DNA of 64,000 bases, from the NCBI GenBank assembly GCA_011049715.1, contig DRHF01000109.1:1379-65378 (forward strand). Reading direction: 5' to 3'. A program made the position numbers and the translations under genes. A model generated the notes under the pieces. It saw only the letters and a list, made by a program, of their open reading frames with translations. It ran no database searches and was not told where the DNA came from. Shown piece by piece: positions 1 through 9,154 of this stretch (positions are counted from its first letter, which is position 1; every line of letters starts with the position of its first letter). The DNA is from Desulfobacterales bacterium (GTDB lineage Bacteria > Desulfobacterota > Desulfobacteria > Desulfobacterales > UBA2156).

Positions 1-76
1 ATTTATAACCACAGGCGATAAAAACAAATCCGAACAAACAGAAAAGGATCCAGATAGCTTTGATGTGTTTTGTCAT
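1..76 (-). CDS. lptE: LPS-assembly lipoprotein LptE, 5' end only (runs off window)
   Basis: Reverse strand reads MTKHIKAIWILFCLFGFVFIA-CGYK: lipoprotein signal with ACGY lipobox, directly downstream of leuS as in the conserved leuS-lptE order. Not in the ORF track. Confidence 0.75.
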   Translation of the reverse strand, partial: MTKHIKAIWILFCLFGFVFIACGYK

Positions 77-149
77 TAAAAACAATTTTTCTCCACTTCT
101 GACGACCCTAAAACAAAATACGCGACCATTCGGCAAATCGGATTTTGGT

Positions 150-2741
150 TTAAACCACTATATTCACCAACTTTTTTTTGACCACGATCACCCGTTTTAT
201 CGGTTTGCCGTTGATAAATTTCGAAACCCGTTCGTCGGAAAGGGCTCTGTCCTTAATGACACTTTCATCTTCATCCGACGGAACATTGAACCGGCTTCTC
301 AGTTTCCCATTGACCTGTACCACGATTAGAAGATCGTCTCTGTCAAGCGCATCTTTCCTGAAGGATGGCCATGAAGTTAGAAAAATACTTGATCCATGCC
401 CAAGGGACTTCCAGAGTTCTTCGCTAAAATGTGGCACCATCGGCGATAAAAGTTGAACCACCGATTCAAGGGAAAATTTTATTACCCCGGGTTTTTCCGG
501 ATTGTGGACATTTGGGTCCAGACCGGACATCGTATTGACAAGGGCCATAACCGCACTGATGACGGTGTTAAAATGGAACCTCTCTTCAATATCCTTGGTA
601 ACTTTTTTAATGGTCTGATGGGTCTGTTTATATAAATCCCGAACCTGACTTTTGAGCAGGTCCGGATCGCCACAAAAAGAAACAGCATCTTTGATGCCAT
701 CCATGTGGTTAAACACCAGGCGCCACACCCGGTTCAAAAAGCGATACCCCCCCTCAACCCCCTGCTCGCTCCATTCCAGGTCCCTTTCAGGTGGTGCGGC
801 AAAAAGACAAAAAAGCCGTGTGGTATCGGCCCCGTATTTCTCCAGCATTGTGTTCGGATCGATGATGTTTTTTTTGGATTTTGACATCTTTTCAACACGA
901 CCTTCAACCGCCTCTTTTCCGCATTTACTGCAAAATCGTTTGGTACCCCTGGTTTCCACTTCATCGGGGAGAAGGAAGCCATGCTGAATACAGGATATCG
1001 TCTCTTTACAGACCATTCCTTGTGTCAGTAAACGGGTAAACGGCTCTTTGTAATCGACCAGTCCATGCTCTTTTAGTACTCTTGTATAATACCTAGAATA
1101 AAGCAGGTGTAAAATTGCATGTTCAACCCCACCGATATATTGATCCACCGGCATCCAATAGTCCACATCCCTTTTATCGAACATGCCGACGTCACAGTCG
1201 GGACTGCAGTAGCGCTCAAAATACCATGAAGATTCCACAAATGTGTCCATGGTATCGGTTTCCCTTCTGGCCTCGGGATTGCCGCATCGGGGGCATGCGG
1301 TCTTTACGAAACTATCCAGCATGGGAAGGGGCGATCGTCCCCCATCCAGGATATCTTCTTCTTCCGGAAGTATAATGGGTAGATCTTCATCCTTGACAGA
1401 TACAATACCGCAATCTTTACAGTGGATCATCGGAATCGGTGCTCCCCAATACCGCTGCCTTGAAATGCCCCAGTCCCTTAATCTGAAACTCACCATCCTT
1501 TTTCCGAAACCTTTTTCCTCGAGATAGTCCGAGATCTCCTCAATCGCTATTCTGCTCTCCGTGCCGTTAAAGTGTCCGGAGTTGAGCATGGTCCCGCTAT
1601 CGACATAGGCTTCTGTCATGGTATCGGCATCGAGGTCTCTATCAAAAGGCTTTACAACTACCACCACATCCAGACCGTATTTTCTTGCAAAATCGAGATC
1701 CCGCTGGTCATGGGCGGGAACAGACATCACCGCACCGGTTCCATATTCCATGAGAGCAAAGTTGGCGGTATAAACAGGCATCCGTCTTCCACTCAACGGA
1801 TTGATGCTATAGGCGCCAATAAAAATACCTTCCTTTTCGTAACTTTCCACCGCCCGGATCGACCGGTCCTGTTTTGACATGCGCTCAACAAATTCACTGA
1901 CCGATCCTTCCTGTCCGGTCCCTTCCGAGAGTTTGGGTACCAGCGGATGCTCCGGGGCAAGGCACATGAACGTTGCACCGAAAACCGTATCCTGCCGGGT
2001 AGTAAATACCGCTATCTCCTCATCTTTACCTTCAACCGGAAACCGGATCTCAGCCCCGACGCTCTTACCGATCCAGTTTTTCTGCATGGTAATCACCTTG
2101 TCGGGCCACCCCGGGAGTTTGTCACTATAACTCAGCAAATCTTCCGCATAGTCGGTGATACGGAAAAACCACTGCCAGAGTTTCTTTTGGCGTACCGGTT
2201 TACCGCATCGCCAGCACATACCGGCTTCCACCTGTTCATTGGCGAGGACAGTCTGACAGGGATCACACCAATTCACAAAAGATTCTTTTCGATAAGCCAT
2301 CCCTTTTTCATACATCCTCAAAAAGAGCCACTGTTCCCAACGGTAGTATTCGGGCTTGCAGGTAGTTATTTCACGGTTCCAGTCATAGGAAAACCCCATT
2401 CGTTTTAACTGGGCCCGCATGGCTTCAATGTTTTCATAGGTCCATTTGGCTGGGTGGGTATTGTTTTCAATCGCGGCATTTTCCGCCGGCATCCCGAACG
2501 CATCCCAACCCATGGGGTGGAGCACGTTGAACCCCCTCATTTTTTTGTACCTTGCAACCACATCTCCGATGGTATAATTTCTCACATGCCCCATGTGTAT
2601 CTTGCCGGATGGATAAGGAAACATCTCCAAGAGATAATATTTTTCCTTGTCTCTATCTGTTTTCACTTCAAACAGCTTTGAGTCTTCCCAAAATGTTTGC
2701 CACTTGGTTTCAATCTTTTCGTGATCGTATTTCTCTTCCAT
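150..2741 (-). CDS. leuS: Leucine--tRNA ligase
   Basis: 863 aa; [13 protein letters not shown] (HIGH motif), KMSKS, FTTRQDT editing domain, [13 protein letters not shown]. Confidence 0.99.
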   Translation of the reverse strand: MEEKYDHEKIETKWQTFWEDSKLFEVKTDRDKEKYYLLEMFPYPSGKIHMGHVRNYTIGDVVARYKKMRGFNVLHPMGWDAFGMPAENAAIENNTHPAKWTYENIEAMRAQLKRMGFSYDWNREITTCKPEYYRWEQWLFLRMYEKGMAYRKESFVNWCDPCQTVLANEQVEAGMCWRCGKPVRQKKLWQWFFRITDYAEDLLSYSDKLPGWPDKVITMQKNWIGKSVGAEIRFPVEGKDEEIAVFTTRQDTVFGATFMCLAPEHPLVPKLSEGTGQEGSVSEFVERMSKQDRSIRAVESYEKEGIFIGAYSINPLSGRRMPVYTANFALMEYGTGAVMSVPAHDQRDLDFARKYGLDVVVVVKPFDRDLDADTMTEAYVDSGTMLNSGHFNGTESRIAIEEISDYLEEKGFGKRMVSFRLRDWGISRQRYWGAPIPMIHCKDCGIVSVKDEDLPIILPEEEDILDGGRSPLPMLDSFVKTACPRCGNPEARRETDTMDTFVESSWYFERYCSPDCDVGMFDKRDVDYWMPVDQYIGGVEHAILHLLYSRYYTRVLKEHGLVDYKEPFTRLLTQGMVCKETISCIQHGFLLPDEVETRGTKRFCSKCGKEAVEGRVEKMSKSKKNIIDPNTMLEKYGADTTRLFCLFAAPPERDLEWSEQGVEGGYRFLNRVWRLVFNHMDGIKDAVSFCGDPDLLKSQVRDLYKQTHQTIKKVTKDIEERFHFNTVISAVMALVNTMSGLDPNVHNPEKPGVIKFSLESVVQLLSPMVPHFSEELWKSLGHGSSIFLTSWPSFRKDALDRDDLLIVVQVNGKLRSRFNVPSDEDESVIKDRALSDERVSKFINGKPIKRVIVVKKKLVNIVV

Positions 2742-2968
2742 TATTAACGCTATGCCTCAAAATGAATTTATGGATATGAAAAAATGTATGATATCACATG
2801 GCACATTAAATCCCATATTTCAAGACCATCTATCTATTAATTTATCTTAAACATCAAATAAAAGATTTAGTAATAGAAGCTGTTTCAAAATACCAGATCG
2901 TGTTCAAAGGCAAGGGGTTAAGCCAACAATACCTTGACAAACCGAATCTCAAATTATAGAGACGGGCC

Positions 2969-3430
2969 ATGAATTTTCAAAGAAGATCGATTATTCTTCT
3001 TGCAACTGTTGGCTATGTGGGAAAGATTCCTTTTGCTCCAGGCACGTTTGGTTCAATCCCTGGTCTCTTCATCTGGGTTTTTCTAGCGAAAATCGATCCA
3101 CTTCTTTCACTATTCTTAATCCTTTTTCTGGTTTTGTCTTCGATTCCGATCGCTGGTCAAGCGGAGATTATGTTGAATAAAAAAGATCCAAGCGAAATTG
3201 TCATTGATGAAATGGCAGGAATTGTGGTAGCCTTATTCGGTTTGCCGCTGAATGTTTTTTCAGCCACTGCTGGCTTTTTCATCTTCAGGGTTCTGGACAT
3301 ATTTAAACCCTTCCCGATTCGATTTATCGAACGAAAATTACCGGGGGGAGTCGGTATTGTTATGGATGATGTGGTGGCAGGCATTTACTGCAACCTTTTA
3401 CTGAGAACTATTTATCGTTTGACAGGGTGA
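2969..3430 (+). CDS. pgpA: Phosphatidylglycerophosphatase A
   Basis: APGTFGS, DPSEIVIDE, FRVLDIFKPFPI, GIVMDDVVAG motifs. Confidence 0.97.
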   Translation: MNFQRRSIILLATVGYVGKIPFAPGTFGSIPGLFIWVFLAKIDPLLSLFLILFLVLSSIPIAGQAEIMLNKKDPSEIVIDEMAGIVVALFGLPLNVFSATAGFFIFRVLDIFKPFPIRFIERKLPGGVGIVMDDVVAGIYCNLLLRTIYRLTG

Positions 3431-3469
3431 AGACCAAGAGAAGAAAATACAATTCGCATAAGGAAATAA

Positions 3470-3760
3470 CTCAAGTTTCTCACCTGGTATTTTTGGAAAA
3501 GCCACATCAGGCATAGGGTAAAAAGAAATTTTTCTGGAAAAAATTGACGATGAGCGCTTTGAAAACAGAACAAAACCTTTTAAGAATTAGCATTCCAGAA
3601 GCAACCGATATTACAAAAAAATCCGGACCATCGCGTGCCTGTGCACGGTGGTTACTTTATGGTTACCGTTTCAAACTGATTGCCTCATTGTTTTTCCAAA
3701 AAATTCTACTACCCCACACCAGATGCGGCACCGTGCCCCATTGGGGGTGCAAAACTTGAG
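3470..3760. mobile_element. Non-autonomous IS derivative (MITE family A, 291-bp copy)
   Basis: Terminal inverted repeats CTCAAGTTTCTCACC / GGTGCAAAACTTGAG; 7-bp direct repeat GAAATAA at 3463-3469 and 3761-3767; homologous copy at 58004-58201. Confidence 0.88.
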
Positions 3761-3841
3761 GAAATAAATTTAAACACAATCATTTATGTCGTCATCTCAG
3801 AACACAAGCAAAAAAAGCAATAAAATTTTCCATTAAAAATT

Positions 3842-4483
3842 ATGATGTCAAAAAAGTCCGCAGAAAATAAAATCCCGAGAAAAAAAGGCCGTCTTCGAGA
3901 AAATATCGAAGCCATTGCCATTGCCATCGTTCTTGCATTGTTTATTCGCGCTTTTGTGGTACAGGCGTTTAAAATTCCTTCAGGGTCGATGAAGCAGACC
4001 CTGTTGATCGGAGATCACATCCTGGTGAACAAATTCATATATGGGGTGAAGTTTCCCTATTTACGCACCACCATCATTCCGATAAAAAAACCGAAGCAGG
4101 GTGATGTCGTGGTCTTCAAGTTCCCTGAAGATCCGGAGAAAGACTTTATCAAACGGGTGGTCGGGGTCGCCGGGGACGTTGTGGAGGTGCGTGATAAGCA
4201 AGTTTATATCAATCAAAAAAAGACGAACGATACATATGGCATTCATACCGATCCTCACACCTTCCCTTCCGGATTGCAGCCAAGAGATAATTTTGGACCG
4301 GTTACCGTTCCTCGCGATTCCCTTTTTGTTATGGGAGATAACAGAGATCACAGTTATGACAGCAGATTTTGGGGTTTTGTCAATTTGAAAGCGGTGAAGG
4401 GTAAAGCTTTCATGATCTATTGGTCCTGGGACAAAGATAACTTCGGCGTCAGATGGAGGAGACTCGGGAACTGGCTAAAATAA
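3842..4483 (+). CDS. lepB: Signal peptidase I
   Basis: IPSGSM (catalytic Ser), FIKRVVG (catalytic Lys), MGDNRDHSYDSRFWG; one N-terminal TM helix. Confidence 0.98.
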   Translation: MMSKKSAENKIPRKKGRLRENIEAIAIAIVLALFIRAFVVQAFKIPSGSMKQTLLIGDHILVNKFIYGVKFPYLRTTIIPIKKPKQGDVVVFKFPEDPEKDFIKRVVGVAGDVVEVRDKQVYINQKKTNDTYGIHTDPHTFPSGLQPRDNFGPVTVPRDSLFVMGDNRDHSYDSRFWGFVNLKAVKGKAFMIYWSWDKDNFGVRWRRLGNWLK

Positions 4484-4565
4484 GATAAATGGTGAAACCT
4501 TCGATAATCAATGCGAGTGACCATCCGCATGTCCATTCTTTTTCCGGTGTCAGGAGGCACTTGAG

Positions 4566-5864
4566 ATGATAACCCGGATCGAGGGCGGAAGGGTGATCGA
4601 TCCCGGACATATTGATGATGTAAAGGATATCATAATCGAAGAGGGGAAGATTATTGAATTAAAGGATTCCCTGCACAAGAAAACCCGGGGTTCAGACGAA
4701 GAATCCAAAATCATCGATGCTTCAGGAAAAATTGTAACCCCCGGCCTGATCGATATGCATGTCCATCTACGGGAGCCGGGGCATGAATATAAGGAAACGA
4801 TTCGATCAGGCTGTTTGGCAGCCGCTGCGGGTGGTTTTACCTCGATTTGCGCCATGCCAAACACCGATCCTGTAAACGACAATCGACAGACCACAGAATA
4901 TATCCTGAAGAAAGCAACATTGAACGGCCCCGGGGTTCATGTTTTTCCAATTGCCGCCATAACCAAAGGGCTTCAAGGCAAATCCCTTTGTGAATACGGA
5001 GAATTGAAAGATGCCGGTGCGATTGCCTTTTCAGATGACGGCCGGCCGGTGATGGACAGCCAGGTTATGCGCCGGGCAATGGAAAATGCCAATGAGTTCA
5101 ACAGTATCATCATTTCTCACTCTGAGGATCTTGGTCTTTCACAAAATGGGGTGATGAATGAAGGGACACTCGCCGCACAGATGGGCCTGGCCGGAATACC
5201 AAATGCGGCGGAAAGCATCATGGTGATGCGGGACATCGCACTTTGCGAATTGACCCGAACGCCGATTCATATTGCCCATGTCAGCACCCGGGAATCTGTT
5301 TATGCCATAAGAGATGCCAAAACCAGGGGAATACCTGTTACCGCTGAAACCGCCCCTCACTATCTCACCCTTTGTGAGGATTCGGTGAAGGATTATAATA
5401 CAAACGCAAAGATGAATCCGCCACTTCGTTCAATTCAGGACCGGGAAGCGGTTCTGACAGGGCTTGCCGATGGCACCATCGATGCCATTGCCTCGGACCA
5501 TGCGCCCCATTCTTCAACTGAAAAAGAGGTTGAGTTCGACCTGGCGGCCAACGGGATTATCGGGCTTGAAACCTCCCTTTCCCTGGGATTGAAGCTGGTA
5601 GAAAATAATATAATAACCATCATCGACCTTGTTGAAAAAATGTCGACCAACCCGGCACACATCCTCGGCCTTGAAAGCGGTCTTCAAATCGGTAGCTCCG
5701 CTGATATCACCATTATTGATCCTGACAGACCCTATGAAGTCGATTCAAATCGTTTTCAGTCTCTCAGCCGCAACACCCCCTTTGACGGGTGGAACCTGAA
5801 AGGAACGGCGGTTTTAACTATGGTTGGTGGGAAGGTGGTTTTTGAAGAAACCGGAGCCATATAA
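4566..5864 (+). CDS. pyrC: Dihydroorotase (type I)
   Basis: DMHVHLREPG, MPNT, KMNPPLR, SDHAPH, SRNTPF motifs. Confidence 0.96.
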   Translation: MITRIEGGRVIDPGHIDDVKDIIIEEGKIIELKDSLHKKTRGSDEESKIIDASGKIVTPGLIDMHVHLREPGHEYKETIRSGCLAAAAGGFTSICAMPNTDPVNDNRQTTEYILKKATLNGPGVHVFPIAAITKGLQGKSLCEYGELKDAGAIAFSDDGRPVMDSQVMRRAMENANEFNSIIISHSEDLGLSQNGVMNEGTLAAQMGLAGIPNAAESIMVMRDIALCELTRTPIHIAHVSTRESVYAIRDAKTRGIPVTAETAPHYLTLCEDSVKDYNTNAKMNPPLRSIQDREAVLTGLADGTIDAIASDHAPHSSTEKEVEFDLAANGIIGLETSLSLGLKLVENNIITIIDLVEKMSTNPAHILGLESGLQIGSSADITIIDPDRPYEVDSNRFQSLSRNTPFDGWNLKGTAVLTMVGGKVVFEETGAI

Positions 5865-5973
5865 AATCTCTCGTCCCAGCACGATCTCTAAGACCTACGG
5901 GATAAACAAAGGCGCAAAGACGCAAATATAAGGGAACAAGCCGGCGATAATTACTTAGAAATACATCTAAAAA

Positions 5974-7368
5974 ATGACAAAAAAGAAACCCCATATTCTT
6001 GTTGTGGACGATGAGCTGAGCATGAGGGAGCTGCTCGAAATCATGTTCGGTCGGGAAGGATATAAGGTATCATGCGCGGAAAACGGATGCATGGCCATCT
6101 CAATGCTGGATAAAAGCGATTTTGATCTGTTGCTCTGTGATATCCGGCTCGGCGATATTTCCGGACTGGATGTGTTAAGAGCTGCAAAAAAGAAGGATCC
6201 AAATATAGTTGTTATCCTGATATCTGCCTATGCGACAGCCGAGACAGCGGTTGAAGCAATGAATGCGGGCGCCTACGATTACGTGCCAAAGCCCTTCGAC
6301 AAAGAGGAACTCAAACAGACCATTGCCAATGCCCTGGATTTAAAAACCATTGCCCGAGAAAAAGAGCTCCTTGATAAAGAGCTTAAAAAAACCTTCCATT
6401 TTGGTAGAATCGTGGGAAACAGCCCCGAGATGATGTATATTTACGATATGATCAGACAGGTTGCCAAAACGAAAACCAATATTCTGATCACCGGAGAAAG
6501 CGGTACCGGCAAGGAATTGATCGCCCGTGCTATCCATGAACAGAGTGACCGGTCTGACAAGCCCTTTGTGGTAATCAACTGCGGCGGCATCCCCGAGACA
6601 TTACTGGAGAGCGAGCTTTTTGGGCACAAAAAAGGCGCATTCACCGGGGCAACCCAGGATAAAAAGGGACTTTTTGTGGTGGCTGATAAAGGGACTGTCT
6701 TTTTGGACGAAATCGGGGATCTCAGCATCCCCATCCAGGTAAAACTGCTGCGGGCCGTCCAGGAAAAGGTGTTTAAAGCGGTCGGAAGCAATGAGGATGT
6801 TTCGGTTGATATCCGGATCATTTCCGCAACCAACAAAAAACTTGAAGACGAAGTGATCGCCAACAATTTTAGAGAGGATCTTTTTTATCGTCTGAATGTA
6901 ATCGAATTAAAGGTTCCGCCCCTCAGGGAAAGAAAAAGCGATCTCCGCCTTCTTGCCCAGCATTTTTTAGAAAAATACTCCAGTGAAATGGGAAAAGAGA
7001 TCTCAAAAATATCGTCGTACGCCATCGATTTGCTCAATAAATATGATTTTCCCGGCAATGTTCGTGAACTGGAAAATCTGCTGGAGCGGAGTGTGACTAT
7101 TTCCACCACTAACATCCTTCTCCCTGATTCCCTTGCCCTATCGGTTCATAAACGAAGATGGATCGAAGGGATGCAGGATAGACGATTTGATCTTGGTGAA
7201 GTGGCAAAAGGGGTTTCTGTTGACGCCATTTTAGAAGAAATAGAAAGGGCTTATTTGGAAAAAGCTCTAGAATTAGCGGGCGGCAAAAAGGAAACCGCCG
7301 CCGATCTGCTCGGTGTCAGGTTGCGATCTTTACGGTACCGGCTTCAAAAGCTGGGGATTAAGATGTAG
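5974..7368 (+). CDS. pilR: Sigma-54-dependent response regulator (PilR/NtrC family)
   Basis: Receiver domain, GESGTGKE, GAFTGA, FLDEI, C-terminal Fis HTH; lies directly upstream of pilin genes with sigma-54 promoters. Symbol assigned by context. Confidence 0.85.
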   Translation: MTKKKPHILVVDDELSMRELLEIMFGREGYKVSCAENGCMAISMLDKSDFDLLLCDIRLGDISGLDVLRAAKKKDPNIVVILISAYATAETAVEAMNAGAYDYVPKPFDKEELKQTIANALDLKTIAREKELLDKELKKTFHFGRIVGNSPEMMYIYDMIRQVAKTKTNILITGESGTGKELIARAIHEQSDRSDKPFVVINCGGIPETLLESELFGHKKGAFTGATQDKKGLFVVADKGTVFLDEIGDLSIPIQVKLLRAVQEKVFKAVGSNEDVSVDIRIISATNKKLEDEVIANNFREDLFYRLNVIELKVPPLRERKSDLRLLAQHFLEKYSSEMGKEISKISSYAIDLLNKYDFPGNVRELENLLERSVTISTTNILLPDSLALSVHKRRWIEGMQDRRFDLGEVAKGVSVDAILEEIERAYLEKALELAGGKKETAADLLGVRLRSLRYRLQKLGIKM

Positions 7369-7401
7369 AGTGATATAATCGAGACGAGTGAGTGAAAAAC
7401 A

Positions 7402-7436
7402 TACCAATTTTTGTCACAAAAAAACAATATTTGTAA
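7402..7436 (+). promoter_or_regulatory. Probable enhancer-binding-protein (PilR) sites upstream of pilA1
   Basis: Two imperfect palindromes TACCAATTTTTGTCA and AACAATATTTGTAA about 110-140 bp upstream of the -24 box; identical in the second copy (~8255-8289) while flanks have diverged. Confidence 0.55.
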
Positions 7437-7540
7437 AATAATGAGCAGCTGATAGATAGAAAAAAATGCCCTCCGTTTCAAATAAAACTATTTTTCAATA
7501 AATACAGTATGTTAAAAATTATTTTTTAAATGATTAAAAC

Positions 7541-7556
7541 TGGTGTATTTCTTGTA
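7541..7556 (+). promoter_or_regulatory. Sigma-54 -24/-12 promoter of pilA1 (non-canonical -12)
   Basis: TGGTGTATTTCTTGTA = GG-N10-GT; positional homolog of the canonical site at 8396. Confidence 0.6.
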
Positions 7557-7623
7557 AACAGCAGTACCGTATGACAAGCAAGAAAACTTTAAATTCCATA
7601 AAGACCATAAAGGAAGGCATACA

Positions 7624-8073
7624 ATGTTTCAGAAACTGAAAAAGAACAATCAAAAAGGTTTCACATTGATCGAGCTGATGATCGTCATCGCCATCATCGG
7701 CATTCTGGCCGCGATCGCCATCCCCAACTTCATCGCGTATCGTAATAAGAGTTTTTGCAGCCGGGCTGAATCGGATGCCAATGGCGTTGCCGCGGCGGTT
7801 GCAGATTATTTTGCCATACCATCACATGTCAATACACCAACTATTGCCCAATTAAACAACAATGCGGGCTACACGTTTTCCGGTAGAGGCGGTTCACAAA
7901 ACTCGGGAACCGTCGATGGGGCAGATCCCACCGTTAACATAACCGTTTCGGTAACCGATGGGAGTGGTCGGTGTCCGACTGGGTACCAGACTGCCCAAGT
8001 CACAGATGCAGGCAGCTCAGATGGGTGGATAGTTGGTGCAACTTACATCTATTACAAATATGTTACACGCTGA
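7624..8073 (+). CDS. pilA: Type IVa major pilin, copy 1
   Basis: Basic leader and [24 protein letters not shown] prepilin cleavage/methylation motif; 137-aa mature protein. Confidence 0.95.
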   Translation: MFQKLKKNNQKGFTLIELMIVIAIIGILAAIAIPNFIAYRNKSFCSRAESDANGVAAAVADYFAIPSHVNTPTIAQLNNNAGYTFSGRGGSQNSGTVDGADPTVNITVSVTDGSGRCPTGYQTAQVTDAGSSDGWIVGATYIYYKYVTR

Positions 8074-8142
8074 TGCATGTGCAGGATAAGCATCAGCTGA
8101 AAGGTAGTAGCTGAAAAAAACCCTCCATTTTGTTAAGATCGT

Positions 8143-8222
8143 GGGAAACAGCAACAGATCTGCTCAATATCAGCCTGAGATCCCTACGGTATCAGCTTCA
8201 AAAGCTGGGAATTAAAACGTAA
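8143..8222 (+). pseudogene. Duplicated, diverged remnant of the pilR 3' end
   Basis: Translates ETATDLLNISLRSLRYQLQKLGIKT*, versus pilR ETAADLLGVRLRSLRYRLQKLGIKM*. Confidence 0.85.
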
Positions 8223-8395
8223 AATGATACAATCGAGACAAACAGGCGAAAACATACCAATTTTTGTCACAAAAAAACAATATTTGTAAAATAGCGAGCA
8301 GTCGATAAATAGAAAAAAAATAACCTCTATTTCGTATAGAAATATTTATCAATAAATACAGTATGTTAAAAATTAATATTTAAAATGGTTAAATT

Positions 8396-8411
8396 TGGCT
8401 TAGTTTTTGCA
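8396..8411 (+). promoter_or_regulatory. Sigma-54 -24/-12 promoter of pilA2
   Basis: TGGCTTAGTTTTTGCA = GG-N10-GC, close to consensus TGGCAC-N5-TTGCW, 60 bp upstream of the ATG. Confidence 0.8.
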
Positions 8412-8471
8412 ACATAGCTTGACGAACAAGAAAACTTTAAATCCCATAAAAACCATAAAGGAGGGTGAATC

Positions 8472-8924
8472 ATGTTACAGAAACTAAGGAAAAAGAGCAA
8501 TCAAAAAGGTTTTACATTGATCGAGCTGATGATCGTCATCGCCATCATCGGCATCCTGGCCGCCATCGCGATCCCCAACTTCATCGCCTATCGAAACAAA
8601 TCTTTTTGCTCCAGGGCTGAATCGGATGCCAATGGTGTTGCCGCGTCGGTTGCAGATTATTTTGCCATACCAGCACATGTCAATACACCAACTGTTGCCG
8701 AATTAAACAACAATAATAGCTACACGTATTCCGGTAGAGGCACTTCAATAAACACAGGAACCGTAGATGGCGGTGATCCCAGCCTTAACATAACCATTAC
8801 GGTCACCGATGGGAGTGGTCGATGTCCGACTGAATACCAAATTGCCCAAATCTCAACTGGAATTGGTGTTGATGGGTGGATATCTGGTGCAACTTACATC
8901 TATTACAAATATATTTCACCCTGA
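8472..8924 (+). CDS. pilA: Type IVa major pilin, copy 2
   Basis: Same prepilin motif; 28 of 137 mature residues differ from copy 1 by hand alignment (~80% identity). Confidence 0.95.
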   Translation: MLQKLRKKSNQKGFTLIELMIVIAIIGILAAIAIPNFIAYRNKSFCSRAESDANGVAASVADYFAIPAHVNTPTVAELNNNNSYTYSGRGTSINTGTVDGGDPSLNITITVTDGSGRCPTEYQIAQISTGIGVDGWISGATYIYYKYISP

Positions 8925-8965
8925 TGCATGTGCAGGATAAGCATCAGCTAAAAGGCAGTAAATGT

Positions 8966-8997
8966 AAAGTGGGGGAATCTATCCCCCACTTTTTTTT
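8966..8997 (+). terminator. Rho-independent terminator after pilA2
   Basis: AAAGTGGGGGA-atcta-TCCCCCACTTT stem followed by a T run. Confidence 0.88.
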
Positions 8998-9154
8998 CAT
9001 AGTTTTTGAACTTCCTGAATCACGCCATGTACACCTCTTTTTTTTAACAACAAATTCTTTTTGTGATATAAGTGATTTTGACAATTGATTCGGGAACTTT
9101 AAGTATCCAGTCAAGATACTCCTTTTTGAAAAAGCGGACATTTCACCTTTATGA

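Larger units (their letters stand above)
7288..8115 (+). repeat. Tandem duplication unit 1 (pilR 3' tail + pilin upstream region + pilA1)
   Basis: Co-linear with ~8143-8965, e.g. CTTCAAAAGCTGGG, CATACCAATTTTTGTCACAAAAAAACAATATTTGTAAAATA and TGATGCATGTGCAGGATAAGCATCAGCT occur in both. Ends approximate. Confidence 0.9.

Noticed and set aside
60-2779. Many plus-strand ORFs over leuS, and similar antisense ORFs over ior, paaK, por and the kinases
   Set aside because: Shadow frames of well-supported genes; no motifs or RBS.
2875-2968. Possible MITE end (GAAGCTGTTTCAAAA) and leaderless pgpA promoter
   Set aside because: No partner repeat found; TTGACA is present but the -10 spacing is ambiguous.
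3544-3759. 71-aa ORF, and ORFs 57823-58086 and 58097-58756
   Set aside because: They lie within MITE family A or antisense to the IS91 remnant; not credible genes.
7624-8924. Neisseria-type pilE/pilS silent-cassette antigenic variation
   Set aside because: Both copies are full length, each with leader, RBS and promoter region; no truncated silent cassettes are visible.
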